From assembly GCA_965208635.1 (NCBI GenBank), contig OZ242349.1, positions 4,992,468 through 5,056,467 of the forward strand: a stretch of 64,000 nucleotides of DNA, written 5' to 3'. Position numbers and translations under genes: made by a program. Below are positions 1-10,774 of this stretch, piece by piece. The notes under the pieces are model-generated. The model made no database searches. It saw only the letters and a list, made by a program, of their open reading frames with translations, and had not been told where the DNA came from. The number at the start of each line of letters is the position of its first letter. Position 1 is the first letter of the stretch. The stretch comes from Candidatus Poribacteria bacterium. GTDB lineage: Bacteria; Poribacteria; WGA-4E; WGA-3G.

Positions 1-611
1 GTTCGGTGGGTTGCCAAAATCACTGTTATCCCTAATTCCTTATTCAATTGTGTGACGATGGTGAGGATATCGTGCGCTCCACGCGGATCAAGATGGCTCG
101 TTGGTTCATCTAACAGCAGGACTTGTGGTTGCATCGCACAAACAGCGGCAAGTGCAACGCGCTGTTTTTGACCCCCAGACAGCGATGAGATCTCCCGAGA
201 TGCAAAGTCGGGAAGGCCTACCTGTTTCAAGGCAACAGCAATCCGTTCCTTAATTTTTTCGGGAGGGAAACCGAGATTTTCGAGTCCAAAGGCGATTTCG
301 TCTTCGACTCGCGTGCAAAAGAGTTGATCATCGGGATTTTGGAAGAGGAGGGCAGCCTGTTGACACGTGGTAGCGAGCGGTTGTGCAGCGACATTTTTAC
401 CGTTAAGACGAACCGTCCCAGTGAGCGTTCCTGCGGAAGCATGCGGAATCAAACCGTTCAGTGTCCGCAGTAAAGTAGACTTACCGCATCCTGTTGGCCC
501 TGTCAGTAACACAAACGCCCCGGAAGGCACACACGTAGTAATACCGCGTAGCGTCGGGACTTCACGACTCGGATAGATAAAACCGAGATTCTCTATCTCA
601 ATAGACGCCAT
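1..611 (-). CDS. ECF-type (EcfA/CbiO-like) ABC ATPase, 3' end outside window
   Basis: Manual translation from ATG at 611: MASIEIENLGFIYP...GPTGCGKST (Walker A)...FQNPDDQLF (ECF Q-loop)...LSGGQKQRVALA...LLLDEPTSHLD...ATH; missing from the ORF track because truncated. Confidence 0.9.
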   Translation of the reverse strand, partial: MASIEIENLGFIYPSREVPTLRGITTCVPSGAFVLLTGPTGCGKSTLLRTLNGLIPHASAGTLTGTVRLNGKNVAAQPLATTCQQAALLFQNPDDQLFCTRVEDEIAFGLENLGFPPEKIKERIAVALKQVGLPDFASREISSLSGGQKQRVALAAVCAMQPQVLLLDEPTSHLDPRGAHDILTIVTQLNKELGITVILATHR

Positions 612-618
612 GGTCTGA

Positions 619-2622
619 CTAACTGAGTCCTTCAATCTGTACAGGGACAGAACCGAAGAGTTGCTCTAAATGCCGCTGGATGGAGTCCCGGAAAGCGTCA
701 AATGTTTCTTGGGCGTTCTGTTTGAAATCGTCGGTATGATACTTGAAATTACCTTGGAGTTGCGCTTGTTGAGCATGAACACGGGCAAAGAGACTGTGAA
801 CATACGCTTGTAATTCACCGAGACGTTCAGTCTGTGCTTTTGCGAAAGTACTGACTGCGGCTTTGAAAGCAGCGAATTCTGCCTCTAAGTACTCCTTGAA
901 CATTGATTGCTGAAAACCTTCAAGTGCACTGTGTGCGGCATATTGAAAGTCCTTGTGAATTGCATTGTACTGCGTCTTAATGCGGGCAAAAAGTCGTCTC
1001 GAATAGTTCTGGAACTCACGCATCGGATCGCCTTGAGCGTCCACAAACTGTGGAATCTTTTCTTTGAACGTGTCCATTTCGTGGTTTAAGAAACTCCTGA
1101 AATCCTCAACAGCAACAGAATAACGCGTCGTCTTCTCCAAGTGGTAACCCATGACCGCCAATCGCACGGCTTCGGGGAACATCTTTGGATAGTCTCTGAG
1201 TGACTTCACCAAATACCGGGCGTACTCCACCCCCTGCTTAGAGAAAAGTTGTCGCTGAATGGATCGGGCAAATGCCATGAGTTCCTCTTTGGTAATCGAT
1301 CTCACATTACGAGGGGTGTAAGGCATGTGCTCAAGCAACGTCAAACACCGCGCAAAATAGTTCTTCAAGGTCGGGTCATAAAGCGTCGAAACAACCCGCC
1401 GATATTCTGACATAAGTTCCTCGCGCGGCATTTCCGGTACAAAATTAAGGGTCATGTCGGTCTGATTTCCGCTGGACTCCCCAAGCAACCGATCTTCCTG
1501 TTTTAATCGGTGCCAAAGGTCAGTCTCCTTCAAAGCCGTCAGCAAGCCAGCCATCGCCATTGGGATACCGGCTTCCTGAATAAACTTGATGTGTGAATCA
1601 AACTCCGTGTCACCATCAAGCCCGATAATAAATCCTCCGGTGACCTCCATCCCCTTACTCTGTATCTTCCTAATTGCACGCAAGAGGTAACTCCCCGCTT
1701 CCTCCTCTTTACTGGTGTTTTGTCCCTTGGAGGTGCTGAGGAGTGCTTCATCATTAGGACTTTCAATACCGAGAAATACCATGTTGAAACCTGCTTCACT
1801 CATTGCGTCGAGCATTTCAGGAATCTCAACGAGGTTTACGCTGGCTTCAGTGAAGAGCGAAAAGGGGAATTGTCGTTTTTCCTGCCATTCCTTAACAGCG
1901 GGGAGCAAGCGCATCGCGTCGCGTTTGTTACCGATAAAGTTGTCATCAACAACAAACATCGCGCCATCCCAACCGAGTTTATAGAGCATCTCAAACTCAG
2001 CAAGCATCTGTTCATTGCTCTTAGTGCGCGGAACGCGTCCGAACAACTTTGTAATGTCGCAAAACTCGCAATTGAAAGGACACCCCCGCGAAAACTGGAG
2101 TGCCATTGACCCGTAAGAATTGATGTCAATAAGGTCGTAGCGAGGCGGTGGTGTTATTGTGATATCGGGTTTCCGCTTCTCGCGATAGATCTCCTTCGCA
2201 CAGCCACTCTCAAAATCGGTCAAGAAATCCTCAAAGATTTCCTCAACTTCACCAAAAAGAAAATGGTCAATTACAGCATCCGTTTCTTCTTTGATATTAT
2301 CATAGTAGGAGGTAGGGTGCGGTCCTCCGGCGATGATTGGAACCGAGGCTCGGTTACAGCGTTCGGCAACCTCATAAAGCGAGTCTTTTTGAACAATCAT
2401 CGTCGAGGTCAGAGCCACATCCGCCCACTCGATATGCGCATCCGTCAACGGTTCAATGTTTATATCAACGACTTTTAAGTTATAATTTTTGGGGAACATG
2501 CCGGCGATAGTCAACAATCCAAGCGGGGGCATCGATGATTTTTTACCAAGAAATTCTAAAGCGTACTTAAAGCCCCAATAGGATGGCGGGAATTTTGGAT
2601 AAACAAATAAGGCATTTGGCAT
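619..2622 (-). CDS. B12-binding radical SAM protein (DUF4070-type, HpnP-like architecture) with helical C-terminal extension
   Basis: N-terminal PPLGLLTIA / GGPHPT cobalamin-binding region; SRGCPFNCEFC CxxxCxxC motif; DDNFIGN. Confidence 0.85.
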   Translation of the reverse strand: MPNALFVYPKFPPSYWGFKYALEFLGKKSSMPPLGLLTIAGMFPKNYNLKVVDINIEPLTDAHIEWADVALTSTMIVQKDSLYEVAERCNRASVPIIAGGPHPTSYYDNIKEETDAVIDHFLFGEVEEIFEDFLTDFESGCAKEIYREKRKPDITITPPPRYDLIDINSYGSMALQFSRGCPFNCEFCDITKLFGRVPRTKSNEQMLAEFEMLYKLGWDGAMFVVDDNFIGNKRDAMRLLPAVKEWQEKRQFPFSLFTEASVNLVEIPEMLDAMSEAGFNMVFLGIESPNDEALLSTSKGQNTSKEEEAGSYLLRAIRKIQSKGMEVTGGFIIGLDGDTEFDSHIKFIQEAGIPMAMAGLLTALKETDLWHRLKQEDRLLGESSGNQTDMTLNFVPEMPREELMSEYRRVVSTLYDPTLKNYFARCLTLLEHMPYTPRNVRSITKEELMAFARSIQRQLFSKQGVEYARYLVKSLRDYPKMFPEAVRLAVMGYHLEKTTRYSVAVEDFRSFLNHEMDTFKEKIPQFVDAQGDPMREFQNYSRRLFARIKTQYNAIHKDFQYAAHSALEGFQQSMFKEYLEAEFAAFKAAVSTFAKAQTERLGELQAYVHSLFARVHAQQAQLQGNFKYHTDDFKQNAQETFDAFRDSIQRHLEQLFGSVPVQIEGLS

Positions 2623-2903
2623 AATAAATCTATCTCCTTGTGGGCGTAACTTTCATGCCCATATTGCCAAGATTTTTTGAATAATTTATAAATTTAGTGA
2701 CTCTTATCAATAATGATACCACAATTTCAAATTTTTATCAAATTTTTTCTTTTTCACGAAGATACTGGGTTAACCGAAGGTTGATTTCTCACAAGATTGC
2801 AATCAGAAAACAGTTCTTACGGATGCGTTGGTTTGCCTGTAACGTAGCCTGCATGTTAAAATTATTTTCGACGGCACAGGTGCTGAACCAACGGAGAGGC
2901 TAA

Positions 2904-4841
2904 ATGTATAGATCCCAACTTCCACAACTCACACTATTTTTTACCAGTGTACTCTTATGTCTGGCAAGCAATTCACCCACACTGTTGTATGGATCAGAGG
3001 ATCTGGACCAGAGTACTCCTACAGAAAACGCAATAACTCCAGACAACAAAACAGAGGCAACAACACAATCACGCTACCGTATTCACCAACTCCGCTTCAC
3101 CGGAAACGAACATTTAGATGAAAAAAAGTTGATAACATTATTCGGGTGGAAGGAAGAAAAATCCTATTCTCGTGAAGAAATTATAGAAGCGTTTGAACGG
3201 ATCATAACGGGGTATCGGGACGAAGGCTATATATTCGCAGAAACATCTTCCAATATCACAGTAATTCCTGGAACTGGACAGATCAACGGCGAAACGCTTG
3301 TGTCTATCAGGGCTGAAATTGTCGAAGGGAAACCGCTCCGTACTGGGACGTTAACATTGTCGGGGAATCAACGTTTTTCAGTAGATGAAATTCGGGATCA
3401 ACTTGGTATAAAAGAAGGGAAATTTTTTACACAGGTGGCATTGGAACAGGGAATTGAACGCATCCAAATTTTGTACAGTGAACACGGATACCCGAAAGTT
3501 GAGATTGCGCCTAAGAATATCCGACTTTTGCCAGAAACAAGCACCATCAATTTTGAGTTGAATATTCGAGAAGGGGCACAAGTCAAAATTGGTGAAGTCA
3601 AAGTCAGCGGACTCAAGAAAACGAAGACTAAGGTAGCCCTTCGGGAAATTCACGTAAAACCGAATGACAACTTCAAACAGCGTGACATCGACACAAGCTA
3701 TCGGCGTTTGCGAAATTTGGGATACTTTTATCAAGTTAATCCAAATGTATTGGAAGCGGGTGAAACAGAAGATAGGATTAATTTCCATGCGCGGGTCACC
3801 GAAGCCCGAACAGGACAACTGAACGGGGTTGTCGGGTATGCCCCACCAGACTCAGATACTGACGCTGCGCCGCAACTCACTGGTGTGTTTGAAGCTCGCG
3901 AAACTAACCTATTAGGAACGGGCAGACAGGTTAACTTCTATTGGAAATCCGGTCTGCTGAAGATCTTACGGTTTGGATACGCAGAACCGTGGATATTTGG
4001 CAAACCGCTAACCATCGGCATAGAATACGGGCAACTCAAGCAACGCAATATCAACCGAGGGCAACTCCAAGGTTTTCCTGATAATGCACCAGAAACTGTC
4101 TCCGAAGAACAGTCAGGTAGCATTAGTGCGACAACGAACTTCGGACGCATCTTTGAAGGGATTATGACGTTGGGATATAAACAGATTAACGTGCCAAATG
4201 TTGGTTCGCCTTCAGTAACAACCCCGACGCTTGATTTCCAAACGCCGATCCTCTCCGACCCACGCGCGACTTCACCCACCGAACCGACACCATATATCGG
4301 CACGAAATACAGTGTCACACTCCGACTGACACGGGATACTCGTGACTATTTCCTGAATCCGACGAGCGGTCGGCGTGATAGTATTGCTGTTGAAGTGTCC
4401 CGAAGCGATTTCCGTCTCCGGAAAGCCTGGCTCTCTCTACAACAATATTTCCCAACATGGCGGAAACAGACGATTGCCGTTGAACTCCATGGATCCGCCG
4501 CATGGGGTGTTAATATCCCGCCAACCGAACTTTTCTATCTCGGTGGCGCGACCACTTTGCGCGGATACGATGAAGACTGGTTCTCTGGACCACGTCGTGT
4601 ATATGCCAACTTCGAATACCGATTTCTCGTCGGACCCGATTCACAGATTTTCGTCTTTACCGATTTAGGTGCCCTAACCTTGATTGAAACCCCATCCGTT
4701 TTTGATACACTCCGAGTCGGTTATGGATTCGGAGCGCGCCTTGAATCCAGAGGCGGTATCTTACGAATTAATTATGGGCTCGCGGCAGGAGAGTCTCTAT
4801 TGCGAGGGAAAATCCACGTTAATCTTGGTGCGGCGTTTTAG
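2904..4841 (+). CDS. Omp85 (BamA/TamA family) outer membrane protein with POTRA domains
   Basis: Signal peptide, POTRA-like repeats (FTGNEHL, LSGNQRFS, VSGLKKT), NLLGTG, YLGGATTLRGY, C-terminal Phe. Confidence 0.88.
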   Translation: MYRSQLPQLTLFFTSVLLCLASNSPTLLYGSEDLDQSTPTENAITPDNKTEATTQSRYRIHQLRFTGNEHLDEKKLITLFGWKEEKSYSREEIIEAFERIITGYRDEGYIFAETSSNITVIPGTGQINGETLVSIRAEIVEGKPLRTGTLTLSGNQRFSVDEIRDQLGIKEGKFFTQVALEQGIERIQILYSEHGYPKVEIAPKNIRLLPETSTINFELNIREGAQVKIGEVKVSGLKKTKTKVALREIHVKPNDNFKQRDIDTSYRRLRNLGYFYQVNPNVLEAGETEDRINFHARVTEARTGQLNGVVGYAPPDSDTDAAPQLTGVFEARETNLLGTGRQVNFYWKSGLLKILRFGYAEPWIFGKPLTIGIEYGQLKQRNINRGQLQGFPDNAPETVSEEQSGSISATTNFGRIFEGIMTLGYKQINVPNVGSPSVTTPTLDFQTPILSDPRATSPTEPTPYIGTKYSVTLRLTRDTRDYFLNPTSGRRDSIAVEVSRSDFRLRKAWLSLQQYFPTWRKQTIAVELHGSAAWGVNIPPTELFYLGGATTLRGYDEDWFSGPRRVYANFEYRFLVGPDSQIFVFTDLGALTLIETPSVFDTLRVGYGFGARLESRGGILRINYGLAAGESLLRGKIHVNLGAAF

Positions 4842-4856
4842 CGTATACCTTTTAAT

Positions 4857-4885
4857 TTGCCAAGTGCGAAAATATGTTATAAAAT
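4857..4885 (+). promoter_or_regulatory. Sigma70-like promoter of pckG
   Basis: TTGCCA-17 bp-TAAAAT; SD GGAGG at 4922-4926. Confidence 0.55.
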
Positions 4886-4931
4886 TATAGATGAAAGTCA
4901 TAACAAGCATATTTAATAATTGGAGGTTTAA

Positions 4932-6725
4932 ATGACCAAAAACAAGAAATTACAGAATTGGGTCGAAGAAGCCGCTGCGCTTTGCCAACCCGATTCTATC
5001 TACTGGTGTGACGGCTCTCAAGAAGAAAACGATCGACTGTGCGAAGAATTAGTCCAGAACGGGACATTTGTTCGCTTGGATCCCGCAAAACGTCCAGGGA
5101 GTTACCTGGCGCGTTCGGATCCTGCCGACGTCGCCCGTGTTGAAGACCGAACATTTATCTGCGCGAAAACGCCACTCGAAGCAGGACCCACAAACAACTG
5201 GCACGATCCAGTCGAGATGAAAGATACCCTCAAAGGACTTTTCAAGGGGTGCATGAAAGGCAGAACGATGTACGTTGTGCCGTTCAGCATGGGACCGCTC
5301 GGTTCACCTATTTCACACATCGGCGTTGAAATCAGCGATTCACCCTACGTCGTCGTCAACATGCGGATTATGACACGCATGGGTAGTGCGGTGTTAGATA
5401 TTTTAGGCGAAGATGGCGACTTTGTACCCTGTCTACACTCCGTCGGTATGCCTCTTGAACCTGGACAAGCTGATGTTGTCTGGCCCTGTGATTCGGATAA
5501 CAAATATATCGTACATTTTCCCGAGGAACGTTCCATCTGGTCCTACGGTAGCGGCTATGGTGGGAACGCGCTGCTCGGGAAAAAATGCTATGCCCTCCGT
5601 ATTGCCTCCATCATGGCGAAAAACGATGGATGGATGGCGGAACACATGCTCATTTTGGGATTAACGAGTCCAGAAGGCGAGAAAACTTATATCGCTGCAG
5701 CGTTCCCAAGTGCCTGTGGTAAGACGAACCTTGCAATGCTCACGCCAACTATACCCGGCTGGAAAGCCGAGACCATCGGTGACGACATTGCTTGGATGAA
5801 ATTCGGTGAAGATGGAAGACTCTACGCAATCAATCCCGAAGCAGGTTTCTTTGGCGTTGCCCCCGGCACGTCAATGGACACGAATCCGAATGCGATGCAC
5901 ACGCTCGCATCAAACTCAATCTTCACGAATGCCGCCCTCACAGAAGATACCGATGTCTGGTGGGAAGAGATGAGCGAAGAGCCACCCGAAACCCTCACAA
6001 GTTGGCTTGGTGAAGAATGGCATCCCGGTGATGAAAAGACAGCCGCTCACCCAAATTCACGCTATACAACCCCCGCGGCGCAATGTCCGATTATTGACCC
6101 GAATTGGGAAAATCCGAACGGCGTTCCAATCTCGGCAATCCTTTTCGGTGGACGACGTGCCTCGACTGTCCCGCTCGTGTTTGAAGCCTTTGATTGGCAA
6201 CACGGCACTTTTATTGGCTCTATCGCTTCTTCGGAACGCACTGCTGCTGCTGCTGGTACAGTCGGTGAACTCCGACGCGATCCGATGGCGATGCTTCCGT
6301 TCTGTGGCTACAATATGGGCGATTACTTCGCACACTGGTTGGAGATGGGTAAAAACACCGATGCCAGTAAATTGCCAAAGATTTTCTACGTCAATTGGTT
6401 CCGCAAAGATGCCGATGGCGGTTGGCTCTGGCCCGGTTTCGGCGAAAATAGCCGTGTCCTCAAGTGGATCGTGGAACGCGTCTCTGGCAAAGGACAGGCG
6501 GTTGAAACACCGATCGGTTACCTGCCAACAGACGGTGCCATTGATACCAGCGGTTTAGAGGTAACGGACGATCAGATGGCAGAACTTCTAAACGTCAATG
6601 TCGAAGAATGGCTCAATGAAATTGCATCTATTCGGGAACATTACGCACGCTTTGAGGAAACACTACCTGAAGCGTTATCCGATGAATTGGCAGCGTTAGA
6701 AGCACGTCTGCGTGAGAAGCAATAG
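4932..6725 (+). CDS. pckG: Phosphoenolpyruvate carboxykinase (GTP)
   Basis: [46 protein letters not shown] motifs. Confidence 0.98.
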   Translation: MTKNKKLQNWVEEAAALCQPDSIYWCDGSQEENDRLCEELVQNGTFVRLDPAKRPGSYLARSDPADVARVEDRTFICAKTPLEAGPTNNWHDPVEMKDTLKGLFKGCMKGRTMYVVPFSMGPLGSPISHIGVEISDSPYVVVNMRIMTRMGSAVLDILGEDGDFVPCLHSVGMPLEPGQADVVWPCDSDNKYIVHFPEERSIWSYGSGYGGNALLGKKCYALRIASIMAKNDGWMAEHMLILGLTSPEGEKTYIAAAFPSACGKTNLAMLTPTIPGWKAETIGDDIAWMKFGEDGRLYAINPEAGFFGVAPGTSMDTNPNAMHTLASNSIFTNAALTEDTDVWWEEMSEEPPETLTSWLGEEWHPGDEKTAAHPNSRYTTPAAQCPIIDPNWENPNGVPISAILFGGRRASTVPLVFEAFDWQHGTFIGSIASSERTAAAAGTVGELRRDPMAMLPFCGYNMGDYFAHWLEMGKNTDASKLPKIFYVNWFRKDADGGWLWPGFGENSRVLKWIVERVSGKGQAVETPIGYLPTDGAIDTSGLEVTDDQMAELLNVNVEEWLNEIASIREHYARFEETLPEALSDELAALEARLREKQ

Positions 6726-6742
6726 TAGCGTGTAATCAGCAT

Positions 6743-6774
6743 TATAGGGTGAGGTCTTCATGCCTCGCCCTATA
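6743..6774. terminator. Stem-loop after pckG (terminator or REP-like)
   Basis: tatagggtgagg...cctcgccctata inverted repeat just after the stop. Confidence 0.55.
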
Positions 6775-6850
6775 GTTAATCTAAGGGCAATTTATAAATA
6801 CCCGAGTCTATATCCGTAAACAGCGAAATTTTACAAAGGATGGAACAATT

Positions 6851-7063
6851 ATGACACAACTTCTTGAAAAAGTGCTTACCGAAGTTTATAAGTTGCCGCC
6901 AGAAAAACAGGACGCTATCGCTGCTGTGATTCTCGAAGAACTCGAAGATGAACAACTATGGAATAAGGCTTTTGCTGAATCACAAGATAAACTTGCCCAA
7001 CTTGCGTGCAAAGTCCGAGCTGATATTAAAGCTGATCGCATTAACACCCGTTGTGCACCGTGA
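6851..7063 (+). CDS. Small antitoxin-like protein, no toxin partner adjacent
   Basis: LLEKV..EV.KLP...QDAIA..ILEELEDE..W..AFA.SQD.LA.LA pattern resembles small antitoxins that precede RelE/ParE-like toxins; AAAGGA SD. Confidence 0.6.
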   Translation: MTQLLEKVLTEVYKLPPEKQDAIAAVILEELEDEQLWNKAFAESQDKLAQLACKVRADIKADRINTRCAP

Positions 7064-7133
7064 TAAATTCCTGTGTGCACGAAACCACTTGATCAGCCAC
7101 AACTTAACCACTACTTAGCAAGGAGAATCATAA

Positions 7134-8318
7134 TTGTCAACAGAATCATGTATTACGCGTCCTGCCGATAAGGAGGACATTGTTCACCCCCGAGTTCTGC
7201 CTTTCATAATCGTTCACCTCACATGTTTCGCTGTTTTCTGGGTAGACATTCAACCCATCGATTGGATCATATGTGGAGCCTTGTACGTTATCCGTATGTT
7301 TGGAATTACGGCGGGTTACCATCGGTATTTTTCGCACCGTTCGTTCAAAACAAGTCGTGGATTCCAATTTTTTTTCGCATTTCTGGGACAAAGTTCAGCA
7401 CAACGCGGGGCATTATGGTGGGCAGCCAGACATCGCGAACATCACAAATACTCCGACACAGAACAGGATATACACTCTCCAGTTAAACACGGATTCTGGT
7501 ATTCTCACGTGCTTTGGATCTTCTCTAAACATGGACGTACCGCAGATTACAGTATGATTAAGGACTTTCAGAAATATCCAGAACTCGTTTGGCTTGATAA
7601 ATGGGATAGATTACCGCCATTTATATTAGCTGTACTTGTTTGGATGGTTGCGGGCTGGTCAGGACTTATCGTCGGTTTCTTCCTGAGTACAGTCATTCTT
7701 TTTCATGGGACCTTCACGATCAACTCCCTTTCTCATGTAATAGGCAAACAGTCGTATATCACAGGCGATAATTCTCGCAATAATTTGCTGCTCGCTATCA
7801 TTACATTAGGTGAAGGTTGGCATAACAATCACCACCATTTTCCAAGTGCCACCCCCCAAGGTTTTCGCTGGTGGCAAATTGACATCACATATTATATTTT
7901 GAAAGTTTTGTCCATCTTTAGAGTTGTTTGGGACCTACGTCTACCGCCCAAGCATATAGTTGAAGGACAACGTAAATTGTCGTTATCTACCATCGAAAAT
8001 ACTGCTCAACAACTCGCCGCGAGTTTTTCGGTTGAACACATCGGTAACACGGTTTTAAAGGCATGGACACACACCCCAAAATTAGAAGAATTACGTAATC
8101 GAATCCACATCGGTCAGGCAGAAGTCGAAGCATTTCTTAAAGAGATGAAAATCCTTGAGTTGCCATCCATCGCGAATCTGAAACACCAAGCGCAAAAAAT
8201 GTTTGCCCATATTCCATCGTTAAATCCGATTGTCGAACGAGCAAATCAGATTCTCGTTCATGCTGTATCGGTATGGTTAATCCAGAACGATGCTTACGAA
8301 ACAGAGGTCGCGGTGTAG
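7134..8318 (+). CDS. Acyl-CoA delta-9-type fatty acid desaturase
   Basis: His boxes HRYFSH, HREHH and GEGWHNNHHHFP; TM helices; AAGGAG SD, TTG start. Confidence 0.92.
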   Translation: MSTESCITRPADKEDIVHPRVLPFIIVHLTCFAVFWVDIQPIDWIICGALYVIRMFGITAGYHRYFSHRSFKTSRGFQFFFAFLGQSSAQRGALWWAARHREHHKYSDTEQDIHSPVKHGFWYSHVLWIFSKHGRTADYSMIKDFQKYPELVWLDKWDRLPPFILAVLVWMVAGWSGLIVGFFLSTVILFHGTFTINSLSHVIGKQSYITGDNSRNNLLLAIITLGEGWHNNHHHFPSATPQGFRWWQIDITYYILKVLSIFRVVWDLRLPPKHIVEGQRKLSLSTIENTAQQLAASFSVEHIGNTVLKAWTHTPKLEELRNRIHIGQAEVEAFLKEMKILELPSIANLKHQAQKMFAHIPSLNPIVERANQILVHAVSVWLIQNDAYETEVAV

Positions 8319-8439
8319 GAAACTTGTCTTCAACGGTGTTTATTTTTATCATCTTTGGACGGATAAGATCCTATCCACACGTAAAATGACTATTTTGAAA
8401 TTACATTAAGGTCGTTTTTCACCAAGAATTGGAATTCTG

Positions 8440-8481
8440 ATGCCCCAAATCCAACGGGACACTTTGGGTTTGGGGCATTTT
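8440..8481 (+). terminator. Rho-independent terminator
   Basis: atgccccaaatccaa...ttgggtttggggcat hairpin followed by a T-tract. Confidence 0.65.
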
Positions 8482-8596
8482 GTTATTACCGTTGACGCTA
8501 CTGGTAAAATATGATATTCTTAAATAGTAGTCAATTATCAGCCGTTAGCAGTTAGTCCTTCGTCGCCGAAAGTTTCCTGGCAGCCCCTGAGAGTTT

Positions 8597-9669
8597 ATGG
8601 ATACACCAGAAATAGATATACTTAACATTTTCGACTTCCCAATCCAGCACTTTCCCGATAGGAGTGCACGATGGTTGCTTCAAGACAAGGAAAACGTTCG
8701 AGGATTGATAGAAATCATCTCGGACAGGATCGCATCACAGATTGATTTTACTCGGCTTACTCAACTTAATAGGAGTTTCGTTTCCGACACACTCCGCGAG
8801 CAGGAATCCGACATCATCTTTAGTGTTCCGTTTCATGGTGAGTCGGAGACCGACGAGTTGACTATCTATATCCTCATCGAACACCAATCCACAGTTGATG
8901 TGACAATGGGATTTCGAGTGCTGTTTTATATGACGCAGATATGGGATTTGCAACGCCGCGAGTGGGAATCAAACGATATTCCTAAAAGTGAGTGGTATTT
9001 ACGTCCGATTCTTCCTATCGTTTTTTACACGGGTTCACAGCGTTGGAATGCGCCCTTGTCACTGACAGAGATGATCGAGACTCCAGACATGCTTGCACGT
9101 TTTGTTCCGACGTTTGACACATTGTTTCTCAGTGTAAAGGAGACGGCGGCATCGGACCTGACGCGAACCGATCATCCGTTTGGATGGTTATTAACAGTTC
9201 TTCAACAGGAACACGCGAACGCGGACGCGATAAGCGACGCGTTGCAGGACGCGATGCTGCGACTCAGCGATCTTGAGACAGAAGGGGTTCAACAGCTGCG
9301 ACGATCAGTTATGTACCTGTTGCTATTGATTTTGCATCGCCGTCCAGTTGCTGAACACAGAAGTTTGATAGATATCCTGAATCAACATGCAAACGAAATG
9401 GAGGTAGATACCATGGCAGAAGCGATCACAGGCACCCTCCTTGAACAAGGCATTGAACAAGGCATTGAACAGGCATTGAACAAGGGGAAACCCGGGCAAA
9501 ACGCGCCGCGGTTCTGAAACTTCTCCAAGCCCGATTTGGGAGTGTACCAGAAGCCCTTGTCACACAGATCAACGAGATCCGTAGCCGTGCACGGCTTGAT
9601 TTGCTCTTTGATGAGGTTCTTGATGTGGAGTCGATTGAGGACCTTCATTTGCAAAATGATGATGTGTAA
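8597..9669 (+). pseudogene. Rpn/YhgA-like PD-(D/E)xK nuclease, frameshifted near 9471 (as-read ORF ends 9517; restored frame ends 9669)
   Basis: SFVSDTLREQESDII, YILIEHQST, PILPIVFYTG motifs; EQGI repeats; the shifted frame gives the typical tail LKLLQARFGSVPEAL...INEI...LDLLFD. Confidence 0.8.
9441..9485 (+). repeat. 12-bp tandem repeat (ttgaacaaggca), about 3.8 units, third unit 11 bp
   Basis: ttgaacaaggca ttgaacaaggca ttgaacaggca ttgaacaagg. Confidence 0.95.
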
Positions 9670-9790
9670 GTTGGCAGTTATCGAACACGTCTGCCCTATG
9701 CCGTGCCATTGGAGATAAAATCTGCCCTATTTTGTGCAGTTAATTCTGAACACTACCCAAAGAATCTAACTTGTATGGTAATGTCCTAAC

Positions 9791-9806
9791 TGGCACAAGA
9801 TTTGCT
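9791..9806 (+). promoter_or_regulatory. Sigma54 (-24/-12) promoter
   Basis: TGGCAC-aagat-TTGCT, an exact match to TGGCAC-N5-TTGCW, 25 bp before the PhyH ATG. Confidence 0.75.
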
Positions 9807-9831
9807 ACAAACCAAATGAAAGGAGTTTCTA

Positions 9832-10731
9832 ATGGAAACCGAAGAAAAATATCGTGTTGCCCCACCGGGATTCACAGCAGAACAGTGGAAGACGTTTAAC
9901 GAAGATGGTATCATTTTTATTGAAGACGCAATCTCCGATGCAGAGGTCCAAACCTACATTGACGCGATAGATCGTGTCGCCATTACCAACTCGAAATATA
10001 AGCCCGGGGGGCACCTTCACATGGAGAACATCGTCGAACGCGATCCCGTGTTTACAAATCTCATCGACAATGAGCGGCATGTCGGATATGCGTATGATCT
10101 TTTCGGTGAACTCCTCAAACTCCATCAGAGTCAGTTTTTTCTGCGTCCACCCGGCGGTAAACAGTACAATCAGTGGCACCCGGACGGAGCACGCGCCCTC
10201 CCTTACGGTGTGTTTTCACCCAAACTACCGTTGCAAATCAAAATCGGGTATTGGCTGACCGATCTACCGAGAGAAAAGATGGGGAACCTCGTCGTATTGC
10301 CCGGAAGCCATCGTCAGCAGTATATGGACGGCTACGATACACATAAAAGCCTATCGGGGGAAAGGGTCGTTTGTCCGCGTAAAGGCACTATGACGGTGAT
10401 GCACTCCAGCATCTGGCACCGCGTCGAACCTAACGAGAGCGATGTGGTACGTTACAACATCTTTGTTGCTTATTGCCCGTCTTGGCTCACGCCTGCCGAC
10501 CGGTTCCATTCTTCGCCCGAATGGCTGGAGACGCTTAACCGTGAACAACGCATCATCATGCGGAGTTATAGCCATGCGTATCACAACGCCAAGCCTCCTG
10601 CGTCAGAGTTTCCACTCTTCTTAGAACGCGATACAGGTGCTGAAGCAGATGTAGGCACATATCAAGAGCACGTCCAATTGCACCGCCGCAAACGTCAAAC
10701 GATGCCGGAGAGACTTGCCTCCTTGCAATAG
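9832..10731 (+). CDS. Phytanoyl-CoA dioxygenase (PhyH) family Fe(II)/2OG enzyme
   Basis: WHPD...GNLVVLPGSH...IWH facial triad; AAGGAG SD. Confidence 0.88.
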   Translation: METEEKYRVAPPGFTAEQWKTFNEDGIIFIEDAISDAEVQTYIDAIDRVAITNSKYKPGGHLHMENIVERDPVFTNLIDNERHVGYAYDLFGELLKLHQSQFFLRPPGGKQYNQWHPDGARALPYGVFSPKLPLQIKIGYWLTDLPREKMGNLVVLPGSHRQQYMDGYDTHKSLSGERVVCPRKGTMTVMHSSIWHRVEPNESDVVRYNIFVAYCPSWLTPADRFHSSPEWLETLNREQRIIMRSYSHAYHNAKPPASEFPLFLERDTGAEADVGTYQEHVQLHRRKRQTMPERLASLQ

Positions 10732-10746
10732 TTAGAGCAATCAAAA

Positions 10747-10774
10747 GTAGTAGGCACACTCCGTGTGCCGTAAC
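10747..10774 (+). repeat. GTAG-type REP palindrome
   Basis: gtagtaggcacactccgtgtgccgtaac; related copies inside a CDS at 29906-29966. Confidence 0.7.
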
